A stretch of DNA of 37,898 nucleotides. It comes from an uncultured Lachnospira sp. Its GTDB lineage: Bacteria > Bacillota > Clostridia > Lachnospirales > Lachnospiraceae. Below the pieces are notes generated by a model. The model had not been told where the DNA came from, made no database searches, and saw only the letters and a list, made by a program, of their open reading frames with translations. Both the position numbers and the translations under genes were made by a program. Position 1 is the stretch's first letter, and each line of letters starts with the position of its first letter. Positions 27,550 through 34,527 of the stretch are shown here, piece after piece. Location: positions 1 through 37,898 of the forward strand of contig CAMZGB010000001.1 of NCBI GenBank assembly GCA_947306285.1, written 5' to 3'.

Positions 27550-28138
27550 TTGTAATCTCATTATAACTGACCATTGCATCATTAATCTCAAATGGAATAT
27601 CGGAATATAGGTAATCGCCCGTCCATTCAATATACTTACCATCTGGAGTAAAGAAAAATATCCCGCTATCATTTTCGCCATACGAACCGTCTACGTCAGC
27701 AAGCCACTGATTAGCATACTCTTTAACATATGCAGGATCCCCAACGACAATGTACTCATAATATTCACTATCTGGAGAAAGATAGCTATTGAGGCTCGAT
27801 ACCTTCCCGTCTACAACAAAGCGGCCAACTGTCGCATTTCCGGAGAATAAGACAATATATCCAAGAGGCTTATCAATCTCGCATGGAAGGGTATTTGCTT
27901 TTTCTCGCTGGCCATTGACCCAATAAGCTCTTCGAATTAAATTGTATCGTTCGAGAGAGTACTCAATATCTTTTGGAGTTGGCTGGTTAGATGCGAGATT
28001 CCCGGAAACCTGCTTAGTTGCCTCCATGTCCAAGGCCGTTCCTTTGCTTACAGCGGTAGCATCTGCAGTACAACCGCATAGTAAAAACATAGCGATAATG
28101 GCCGCGCATAACGCACTAATACGTACTTTATTTTTCAT
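27539..28138 (-). CDS. Phage lipoprotein
   Basis: Signal peptide with lipobox LCGC; SLERYNL and GKVSSLNSYL motifs. Confidence 0.8.
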   Translation of the reverse strand: MKNKVRISALCAAIIAMFLLCGCTADATAVSKGTALDMEATKQVSGNLASNQPTPKDIEYSLERYNLIRRAYWVNGQREKANTLPCEIDKPLGYIVLFSGNATVGRFVVDGKVSSLNSYLSPDSEYYEYIVVGDPAYVKEYANQWLADVDGSYGENDSGIFFFTPDGKYIEWTGDYLYSDIPFEINDAMVSYNEITNEY

Positions 28139-28144
28139 AATAAG

Positions 28145-28378
28145 TTATTCTCCTTTTTTTAATTTTAAAATCATTTTTCCAGCATGGTTATTAATCACTT
28201 TTGCAATTTTTAGACTTCTTTTTGCAAGCTTACGATAAATATCAGCGGAGTCAAATCTAAGCTCACGAATATTTTTGTCTACTTTCTGAATAAGTTTGTC
28301 AGTTATATGAGAACTTATCCATGAAACGATTGATAAGAGCCAGCAGATATAAGCAGTTAGAATCCTATCATGCATCAT
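28145..28378 (-). CDS. Small membrane protein
   Basis: AAGGAG RBS; N-terminal hydrophobic helix. Confidence 0.55.
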   Translation of the reverse strand: MMHDRILTAYICWLLSIVSWISSHITDKLIQKVDKNIRELRFDSADIYRKLAKRSLKIAKVINNHAGKMILKLKKGE

Positions 28379-28616
28379 TATTCTCCTTTTTATTGCAAGA
28401 TTCAAACTTTTTAACTTCTTCTTTCCAAGCCAATGTTAAAACCGCATCAAAGTCCATAAGCTTGCCAATTTCTATGCATCTTGGGCAAATGTCTTTACCA
28501 TGAATAACAGCCCCAAAAGAGCCTGAATACGAGCTCCCAGTCTGTTCGGCATAGATAGTATATGGGTCGTTTTGCGCCATTTCTCTTCCGCAAATATCGC
28601 ATCGATACATTTTCAT
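28368..28616 (-). CDS. Zinc-finger hypothetical protein
   Basis: CDICG...DICPRC; GAAAGG RBS. Confidence 0.7.
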   Translation of the reverse strand: MKMYRCDICGREMAQNDPYTIYAEQTGSSYSGSFGAVIHGKDICPRCIEIGKLMDFDAVLTLAWKEEVKKFESCNKKENNDA

Positions 28617-28657
28617 ATAAAAACTTCCTTTCTTATCTCTTCTACGAGAAGATAGTT

Positions 28658-29119
28658 TTAGCAGAACCCTGGCCAAATTTCATCTACGAGGGTCCTTATT
28701 TTTTCTCGAACCTTAATGCGAAACCCATAATATCCATTGCGGATACTTATTGAATCTCGCGCCTCTTGTATAGCATTAATAAGTTTTCTTCTATTGACCT
28801 CCGGAACATTATTCGATCTGACCAAAATATAAATTACTTTTTGAAGCAATGGGTCATGGTCTTCCATATCTTCGGCCAGCGCCAGACTGTGTAAAGTGGT
28901 TATAATGGCTAAATAATACACGGTAGTCATCTTTTCCGGATGCTTTTCAATATTTGCAATAGTCGATGGCCCAATATCTAATACCGCTGCCAAAGCTACA
29001 GGTGATAAGCCAGCAACTGCTCGTATTGCTGGAAGCGATTCCTGTAGCCTCTTTTTATAAGTTTCAATATTCTTATTAACCTCATATCTTAGAGAATAAT
29101 AGTTTGACTCAGTCTTCAT
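28658..29119 (-). CDS. XRE-like HTH DNA-binding protein
   Basis: LPAIRAVAGLSPVALAAVLDIGPSTIANIE segment. Confidence 0.7.
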   Translation of the reverse strand: MKTESNYYSLRYEVNKNIETYKKRLQESLPAIRAVAGLSPVALAAVLDIGPSTIANIEKHPEKMTTVYYLAIITTLHSLALAEDMEDHDPLLQKVIYILVRSNNVPEVNRRKLINAIQEARDSISIRNGYYGFRIKVREKIRTLVDEIWPGFC

Positions 29120-29249
29120 AGTCGTGCCCTCCAGTTAATTTGGCCATGATCTGATTGCCAGTCTTAGTATTCATCAGAATATCACCGCCAATAGAAATTG
29201 CAGCGCAGACTCCTCCGATGACTAAGCCCCATACCAGTACTACTAACAT
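29109..29249 (-). CDS. 46-aa membrane peptide (not in ORF track)
   Basis: MLVVLVWGLVIGGVCAAISIGGDILMNTKTGNQIMAKLTGGHDYED; GAAAGGGG RBS. Confidence 0.65.
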   Translation of the reverse strand: MLVVLVWGLVIGGVCAAISIGGDILMNTKTGNQIMAKLTGGHDYED

Positions 29250-29307
29250 TTTAAAAATCCCCTTTCAAAAAATATTAAGAGAGCAGAAATATATCAATTC
29301 CCGCTCT

Positions 29308-29337
29308 CCCTATTAAGTGCTATGAATATTTTACGAA
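29308..29337 (-). promoter_or_regulatory. Phage promoter-like motif, copy 4
   Basis: TTCGTAAAATATTCATAGCACTTAATAGGG. Confidence 0.7.
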
Positions 29338-30512
29338 ATGGTGTTTATTAGTTTGCCAATCGTATGCGCAATTTCTACGAAGTCGTTAGCCGTCTTACCC
29401 TTTGTTGTCTCGGCGGCGGTTCCAATCCGAACACCACTAGTTAATACAGGACTTCGTTTCTCGTTCGGAACGCAGTTCTTGTTCAAAGTAATGCCATGCC
29501 GGTCAAGTTCTTCTTGCACATCTTTACCAGTTAAATTTGGATGGGTCTTTGAAAAATCGATTACGAATAAATGGTTGTCCGTGCCTCCAGTTACAACATT
29601 ATAGCCTAGTTTAGTAAACTCTTCGCTCATGGTTTTACTATTATATACGACGGAATGAATATAATTGGCATATTCTGTAGTACACGCCTCTTCCGCGGTA
29701 ATGGCCTTTGCCGCAATTACATTCTGTAATGGTCCTCCTTGGCAACAAGGAAACACTGCGGCATCAATTTTAGTTGCTAATTCTGGTTTACAAAAGATTA
29801 ACCCTCCACGAGCACCTCTAAGCGTTTTGTGAGTTGTGGTTGTTATAATATCAGCAAGATCAAATGGCGAAGGATGGTCCTCGGATACTACTAATCCGGC
29901 AATATGAGCCATATCAACCATAAATAGTGCACCGATAGAGTCCGCAACATCCTTAAAATATTTAAAATTAATAATCCGTGGATAAGCACTGGCTCCAGCG
30001 ACGATCAGCTTTGGCCTCTCCTTTTTTGCGATGTCTTCGATTCTATTGTAGTCAATGAAACCGTCGTTATCAACACCATAGAATGAGAAATTGAATAATT
30101 TACCACTAAAATTGACGTTACTTCCATGGGTTAAATGTCCTCCATTTTGAAGGCTCATAGATAGCACTTTATCTCCAGGATTTAAAATGCTCATATATGC
30201 TGCAAGATTAGCACTAGATCCGCTATGGGGCTGGACGTTTACATGGTAGTCAGTTCTAAAAGCCCTTCTCCACATATCACAGCAGTAGTCCTCAAGCTCG
30301 TCAATATATTGGCATCCTCCGTAGTATCTTCCATGGCGTCCGACTTCGGTTGACCTACGATCCGGGTAGCCTTCACTGTATTTATTAGTTAAACAAGAGC
30401 CAAGTGCTTTTAAAATATCATCACTAACAAAATTCTCGCTGGCAATTAGTTCGATAGTGTCATGTTGGCGATTGTATTCTTTATCAATTATATCAAAAAC
30501 TTTACTATTCAT
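29331..30512 (-). CDS. glyA: Serine hydroxymethyltransferase (auxiliary metabolic gene)
   Basis: LIASENF, RYYGG, NVQPHSG, GGHLTHG, DMAHIAG, TTTHKTLRG (PLP lysine), GGTDNH and SGVRIGT motifs. Confidence 0.97.
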   Translation of the reverse strand: MNSKVFDIIDKEYNRQHDTIELIASENFVSDDILKALGSCLTNKYSEGYPDRRSTEVGRHGRYYGGCQYIDELEDYCCDMWRRAFRTDYHVNVQPHSGSSANLAAYMSILNPGDKVLSMSLQNGGHLTHGSNVNFSGKLFNFSFYGVDNDGFIDYNRIEDIAKKERPKLIVAGASAYPRIINFKYFKDVADSIGALFMVDMAHIAGLVVSEDHPSPFDLADIITTTTHKTLRGARGGLIFCKPELATKIDAAVFPCCQGGPLQNVIAAKAITAEEACTTEYANYIHSVVYNSKTMSEEFTKLGYNVVTGGTDNHLFVIDFSKTHPNLTGKDVQEELDRHGITLNKNCVPNEKRSPVLTSGVRIGTAAETTKGKTANDFVEIAHTIGKLINTIS

Positions 30513-30556
30513 TTGCGTAAATACTCTCCTAGATTAGTTTTAATAGGCAAAAAATA

Positions 30557-30676
30557 AAGGAACTGCAAGCTTCGAACTTGCGTCTTTCTGTTTCCAGAAT
30601 GTTCTACCATTGAACTATTAATGCGGTCTCCCAGCTTCCCAGGGCTTTAATATAACTTAAAGCTTCCGCGTTCCTT
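30557..30676 (-). ncRNA. tRNA-like structured leader/ncRNA lacking an anticodon
   Basis: D arm GTTC-AATGGTA-GAAC; TTCTG-GAAA-CAGAA; T arm GCAAG-TTCGAAG-CTTGC; closing AAGGAAC/GTTCCTT. Confidence 0.75.
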
Positions 30677-30704
30677 CTACTATATGGTATGAAAAATTTA
30701 CGAA
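30675..30704 (-). promoter_or_regulatory. Phage promoter-like motif, copy 5
   Basis: TTCGTAAATTTTTCATACCATATAGTAGAA. Confidence 0.8.
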
Positions 30705-30740
30705 AAAAAAAGAAAGAGGCTATGTAAGCCTCGATCTTTT
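30705..30740 (-). terminator. Intrinsic terminator (TTACA-loop family)
   Basis: AGATCGAGGCT-TACAT-AGCCTCTTTCTTTTTT. Confidence 0.8.
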
Positions 30741-30744
30741 AATG

Positions 30745-31035
30745 TCAGCCCCATTTAATGATCTCTCTTTTGGGTGCCCACCGTTTAATACCGTTTGCGC
30801 GATATTGTTTAAAATCTTTATGGCTGCACAGTAGGCCAATGCTTCCGAGACGTTTATCATTAAGAAAATGTGTATCTAGAGCCGCCATAGCTATTACAGC
30901 TAGACTACTTCTTACATAAAAATCCTTGTCGATAAACGCACGCTCATGCTCATCCCAATGTAGGCTACCATCGATTTTAAATCGAATAACATACGGTTCG
31001 CCATTATAAGTAAAGTACCCATAATATTTTTTCAT
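30745..31035 (-). CDS. Hypothetical protein (cassette gene)
   Basis: AAAGGAG RBS immediately after promoter copy 6. Confidence 0.75.
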   Translation of the reverse strand: MKKYYGYFTYNGEPYVIRFKIDGSLHWDEHERAFIDKDFYVRSSLAVIAMAALDTHFLNDKRLGSIGLLCSHKDFKQYRANGIKRWAPKREIIKWG

Positions 31036-31050
31036 TAAATATCAACTCCT

Positions 31051-31080
31051 TTCTATTATATAGCATGCAAAACTTACGAC
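31051..31080 (-). promoter_or_regulatory. Phage promoter-like motif, copy 6
   Basis: GTCGTAAGTTTTGCATGCTATATAATAGAA. Confidence 0.75.
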
Positions 31081-31084
31081 TAAT

Positions 31085-31294
31085 TTATTGTAAGAAAAAC
31101 TTATTTAGGTCCTCAATGCCAACTAAAAAATCAGCATTAATACTTACCTTAATATGATTTCCATCGTTTTCAGCAGTTATAGGAGATTTAAATATAATCT
31201 CCGGCGAAATGCCTATAGTCGAATTAAGTTTCTTTTTTATTGCCCTAATAATAATCTTTTTAATGAAATCGGATTCAATTCTCAAGGCGTCCAT
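31085..31294 (-). CDS. Conserved small phage protein
   Basis: GGAGG RBS; 69 aa. Confidence 0.7.
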   Translation of the reverse strand: MDALRIESDFIKKIIIRAIKKKLNSTIGISPEIIFKSPITAENDGNHIKVSINADFLVGIEDLNKFFLQ

Positions 31295-31317
31295 GTTCCT
31301 TCCTCCAAAATATAAAT

Positions 31318-31358
31318 AAAAAAAAGAAAAGGGCCTTGTAAAAGACCCTAATCTTTTT
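31318..31358 (-). terminator. Intrinsic terminator, identical to 14523-14563
   Basis: 41-bp exact duplicate. Confidence 0.85.
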
Positions 31359-31648
31359 TACAGGATTACACAATTAAGTATAGTTTTGCCAGATTTTTCA
31401 TCGCTCGTGATGTCTTCAAAGATTGCAAACATCTCATCAACCGTCGGATCAATGACCTTGTTCTTCATATAGGTGGTTATTACTGCTCCAGCAACTGCTC
31501 CCGCGACCGTCTTAAGAATCAAAACAACTTGATTCTTCGAAGACGCGCAAACTGCCAAACCAACTACACCCCCAATGACAGCCCCAGTGCCAAGGTGAGC
31601 CACCGATTTAATGGTGTTTTTTGCTATCTTGATAACCTTTTCGTTCAT
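31358..31648 (-). CDS. Small membrane protein (cassette gene)
   Basis: Two Gly/Ala-rich hydrophobic segments; GAAAGGGG RBS. Confidence 0.75.
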   Translation of the reverse strand: MNEKVIKIAKNTIKSVAHLGTGAVIGGVVGLAVCASSKNQVVLILKTVAGAVAGAVITTYMKNKVIDPTVDEMFAIFEDITSDEKSGKTILNCVIL

Positions 31649-31690
31649 TTTTAAAATCCCCTTTCAAAAATATAAATTAATTTGGTTTCC

Positions 31691-31720
31691 TTCTACTAGA
31701 AGGTATGTATTTTTTACGAA
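31691..31720 (-). promoter_or_regulatory. Phage promoter-like motif, copy 7
   Basis: TTCGTAAAAAATACATACCTTCTAGTAGAA. Confidence 0.75.
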
Positions 31721-31776
31721 AAAAAATAAATGGTATGTAAAAATTAGGAGCTTTGTAGCCCCCAATTTTTCTCCTT

Positions 31777-32058
31777 TTATAGAGTTAATTCCTCACTTGA
31801 AATCCAGACTTTAACGTTGCAATCGTTCCTTCCGTCGTTAATCAAAGTGCAAGTTCTAGATTCAGAGGTTTGCACGCCTTCCTTAAAACCAGTGCAGTCG
31901 TGCCTTTTCATATCGGCCAAGAAATCATAATTTCTAACCTGCTCGATCGCTCGGCTTTCTATCAAATGCACTCCTATTGGTCTTGCTCGGACTGCTCCAT
32001 GAGCCATACCTCTGTCGTCTATTAAGTTGTACCCTTTCATAACGACGTGAACTAACAT
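31777..32058 (-). CDS. Hypothetical protein (cassette gene)
   Basis: AAGGAGG RBS after promoter copy 8. Confidence 0.7.
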   Translation of the reverse strand: MLVHVVMKGYNLIDDRGMAHGAVRARPIGVHLIESRAIEQVRNYDFLADMKRHDCTGFKEGVQTSESRTCTLINDGRNDCNVKVWISSEELTL

Positions 32059-32083
32059 TTTAAAATCCTCCTTTTTATAGTTC

Positions 32084-32113
32084 TTCTATTAAAAGGGATG
32101 AAAATATTACGAA
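32084..32113 (-). promoter_or_regulatory. Phage promoter-like motif, copy 8
   Basis: TTCGTAATATTTTCATCCCTTTTAATAGAA. Confidence 0.75.
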
Positions 32114-32119
32114 TTTAGA

Positions 32120-32152
32120 CAAAAAGAAAAGGGGATGTAACTCCCCTAATCT
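32120..32152 (-). terminator. Intrinsic terminator (TTACA-loop family)
   Basis: AGATTAGGGGAG-TTACA-TCCCCTTTTCTTTTT. Confidence 0.8.
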
Positions 32153-32208
32153 AATTTAGTTTTTTTTGAGAGGATGGTTCAGTAATACCGTGCCTTGGAA
32201 AATTCTGC

Positions 32209-32745
32209 TTAAAGGTAGTAAGTCTTTCCATCGCCACAATGATAAGCCGTACGTCCACGTGAAGTAGTAAGCTTCGGGAGAATAATATCTAATAAATACT
32301 GTCCCGATTTTAGGTGGATAATTGGAGCTCCATCGCCTTCCATTTCATCAAGCCACTCATTCCAATGATCATATAGCTGTTTTATAAAACTAATGTCATT
32401 GCCTCTTGCTACATATCGAGAAAGGTATTCATCCTTGAGATTTTTTTCTGGAGCAATAATAATATAAGAAAGGCCTCGCTTCTTCATCTCATCTCTAACC
32501 TGCTTGTGTGTTGCAGTTAATATGATTCTTTCTTTAATGCCTGCTTCGTGCTCTATAAAATTCAAATAATTATCTGGAAACTCCGGATTCTGAACACGTT
32601 TACCACTGGCGGTTTCGGTCCATCGAAACGGAGAACTTTCCGCATCTAGAATTTCATATAGCCCATAGTTATGAGCAGTTGCTTCTGCCTTGGTCTTTCC
32701 CGTTCCTGGAAATGCGCAAATGATCATCCCATGCTGTTCAATCAT
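32209..32745 (-). CDS. P-loop NTPase / nucleotide kinase-like protein
   Basis: IICAFPGTGKT Walker A; D.ESS and FP.NY motifs. Confidence 0.75.
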   Translation of the reverse strand: MIEQHGMIICAFPGTGKTKAEATAHNYGLYEILDAESSPFRWTETASGKRVQNPEFPDNYLNFIEHEAGIKERIILTATHKQVRDEMKKRGLSYIIIAPEKNLKDEYLSRYVARGNDISFIKQLYDHWNEWLDEMEGDGAPIIHLKSGQYLLDIILPKLTTSRGRTAYHCGDGKTYYL

Positions 32746-32772
32746 AATTTATTATCCTCCTCTTAAAATAAT

Positions 32773-32804
32773 AAAAAAAAGAGGCCATGTAGACCTCTCT
32801 CTTT
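32773..32804 (-). terminator. Intrinsic terminator
   Basis: AGAGGTC-TACAT-GGCCTCTTTTTTTT. Confidence 0.75.
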
Positions 32805-32812
32805 CAAACACT

Positions 32813-33196
32813 TTAGAACTTCAACAACTTAGTAACAAATCCCCAAGTTTTGGCTGGAATAAGATGCTCAGACTCTAAAGCAAACGTCACGATCAGCAGC
32901 GCCGCAGCTCCTCCAATCATCAGGATTTTTTCCAAGATTCTGGTGATGCAATCTGCATAAGCGGCATTGTCCTTTCGCTTAGACTCCCGCCTCTCGGACT
33001 CGAACTTCATTTCGTCCAAGTCATATCGGCGATTGCGGTCCATTCGCTCGTTGACTACTCGCTCATCTTCCAGAAGCATCTTCCAAAGATCTAGGATTTC
33101 GTCCTTAATCTTCTTAGCCTCGTCACTGCCCGCCTTCGTATTGTTTAGTTCGCCAGCAAGAAACTCCAATCGTTCCTCAATGAGTTTTGTTTCCAT
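32813..33196 (-). CDS. Coiled-coil membrane protein (cassette gene)
   Basis: GAAAGGGG RBS; charged helices plus a C-terminal TM. Confidence 0.75.
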   Translation of the reverse strand: METKLIEERLEFLAGELNNTKAGSDEAKKIKDEILDLWKMLLEDERVVNERMDRNRRYDLDEMKFESERRESKRKDNAAYADCITRILEKILMIGGAAALLIVTFALESEHLIPAKTWGFVTKLLKF

Positions 33197-33218
33197 TTTG
33201 AATCCCCTTTCATAAGTA

Positions 33219-33248
33219 TTCTATTATAAGGAATGATTTTTTTACGAA
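33219..33248 (-). promoter_or_regulatory. Phage promoter-like motif, copy 9
   Basis: TTCGTAAAAAAATCATTCCTTATAATAGAA. Confidence 0.8.
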
Positions 33249-33367
33249 AAAATATAAGCTATGCAATATTTTTGTATATTAATTATTTTATAAGGGGCGT
33301 TTCCCGCAATTGTACAAAAATATTAGTACTTTAGCATAACTGCTTAAGTTTAGGAAACGCCCCTATT

Positions 33368-33443
33368 TGGTCCGCCATTGGGGATTTGAACCCGAGACCG
33401 TCCGGTTATGAGCCAGATGCTCTACCTGCTGAGCTAATGGCGG
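33368..33443 (-). tRNA. tRNA with CAT anticodon (Ile2-like or Met)
   Basis: CCGCCAT/ATGGCGG acceptor, TCTGG-CTCATAA-CCGGA anticodon arm, TTCAAAT loop, encoded CCA; one C-C mismatch in the T stem. Confidence 0.85.
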
Positions 33444-33651
33444 ATTTATTCCTATAAAGCCCGCGCGTATCAAATTAGCGATAGAGAGATCATTTTATAT
33501 TAATTTTTTTTGTACGAAAATTAAAGGCTTTGATACAGGGACGCTGATTTAAGGCTATTCTCTCAAGCCACTTTATAGGAAATGGTCTATTAAGGCATTC
33601 ATGACTACCTTTTTATCTGAGGGCAATAGACCGGTGCCCCCATCACCCAAT

Positions 33652-33725
33652 AGCCGCAACCTGGACTTGAACCAGGAACTAGGCAACTACGTCGCCTGCT
33701 CTACCCCCTATTGAGCTACTGCGGC
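33652..33725 (-). ncRNA. Aberrant tRNA-like RNA (contracted anticodon arm, GTA at the apex, no CCA)
   Basis: GCCGCAG/TTGCGGC acceptor, GCTC/GAGC D stem, CCTGG-TTCAAGT-CCAGG T arm; AGGCGAC-GTA-GTTGCCT arm. Confidence 0.7.
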
Positions 33726-33734
33726 AAATTTTCT

Positions 33735-33898
33735 ATCTTTATATAAGGCCTGAGTAAAACCCAATTTAATGCTTTTTACTACCTAAATTAAATACTCTAA
33801 CCTACTGAGCTACACCTCAAACCAATGCTATGGCATGGTCGAAGTAGTGGGGCTCGAACCCACGACCGGCCGTTAGGCGAGCAACCTTATATAAAGAT
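33735..33898 (-). ncRNA. Circularly permuted tRNA-Pro-derived structured RNA
   Basis: tRNA 3' half with CCA (33867-33836) precedes the 5' half (33819-33794); enclosed by a perfect 14-bp inverted repeat. Confidence 0.7.
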
Positions 33899-34034
33899 GG
33901 GGTTTGGTTTAATGAAAATGTCGCGATCATTTTCTTAGCGTCCTGCGCACTGGCGCCTACTCGCAATTTTACAACTTAGGGTCGCCTACCGCTTACCCGC
34001 AGCGAGAGCGTGACAATAAACCAATGCCACGCTA

Positions 34035-34111
34035 TGGTCGAAGTAGCGGGACTCGAACCCACGACCTCTTGATCCCAAATCAAGCGCTCTAGCCGACTGA
34101 GCTACACCTCG
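34035..34111 (-). tRNA. tRNA-Pro(TGG)
   Basis: CGAGGTG/TACTTCG acceptor, CTTGA-TTTGGGA-TCAAG, TTCGAGT loop, ACCA end. Confidence 0.95.
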
Positions 34112-34274
34112 ATTTTACAATCTTCCATTTTGATTTTTATAATATATAGCGCAAAGCAGCCAGCCGAAGGCCGATGGGCAATCTTCTACTCATCCTGGCA
34201 GATGCTACCTGGTCTTACGCCTTGCACTATTGAAAGGGGAGATCTCATGAACGGTGACTACTCCGACATGAGAT

Positions 34275-34361
34275 TGGTACCGGTGATGGGACTCGAACCC
34301 ATATGATGCACGCATCCACGGATTTTAAGTCCGTTATGTCTACCTATTCCATCACACCGGC
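34275..34361 (-). tRNA. tRNA-Leu(TAA)
   Basis: GCCGGTG/CACCGGT acceptor, ACGGA-CTTAAAA-TCCGT, long variable arm, ACCA end. Confidence 0.95.
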
Positions 34362-34527
34362 GTAGCTACACTAACGGGAAATCATACCCGCTCATAATTA
34401 ACCACCTCTAATCTTATACAAATTATTCCATACACACTTTGCTTAAACTCCAAATCCGATTAAAGACTTGATAGTACAAAGTCCTCACCACAATTCCACA
34501 ATTTTCCTCGGGAATGCATATAGATTA

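Noticed and set aside
28658..29119. Lysogeny module (repressor/integrase)
   Set aside because: There is only a lone co-oriented HTH gene, with no divergent repressor pair or integrase; lifestyle cannot be determined from this window.
33771..33792. Intron-containing tRNA-Leu(TAG) with an 11-nt insert at 37/38
   Set aside because: TTTAA/TTAAA can pair, but the following T arm is degenerate and no splicing motif is evident; it is treated as a remnant of the duplicated tRNA-Pro.
33836..33867. attP/attR duplication of a tRNA 3' end
   Set aside because: No integrase or host junction is present, and the 5' tRNA half follows immediately within an enclosing inverted repeat. A permuted or tandem-derived RNA explains it better.
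33735..33898. Two-piece tmRNA
   Set aside because: No G3-U70 alanine identity, too short, and no tag reading frame recognised.
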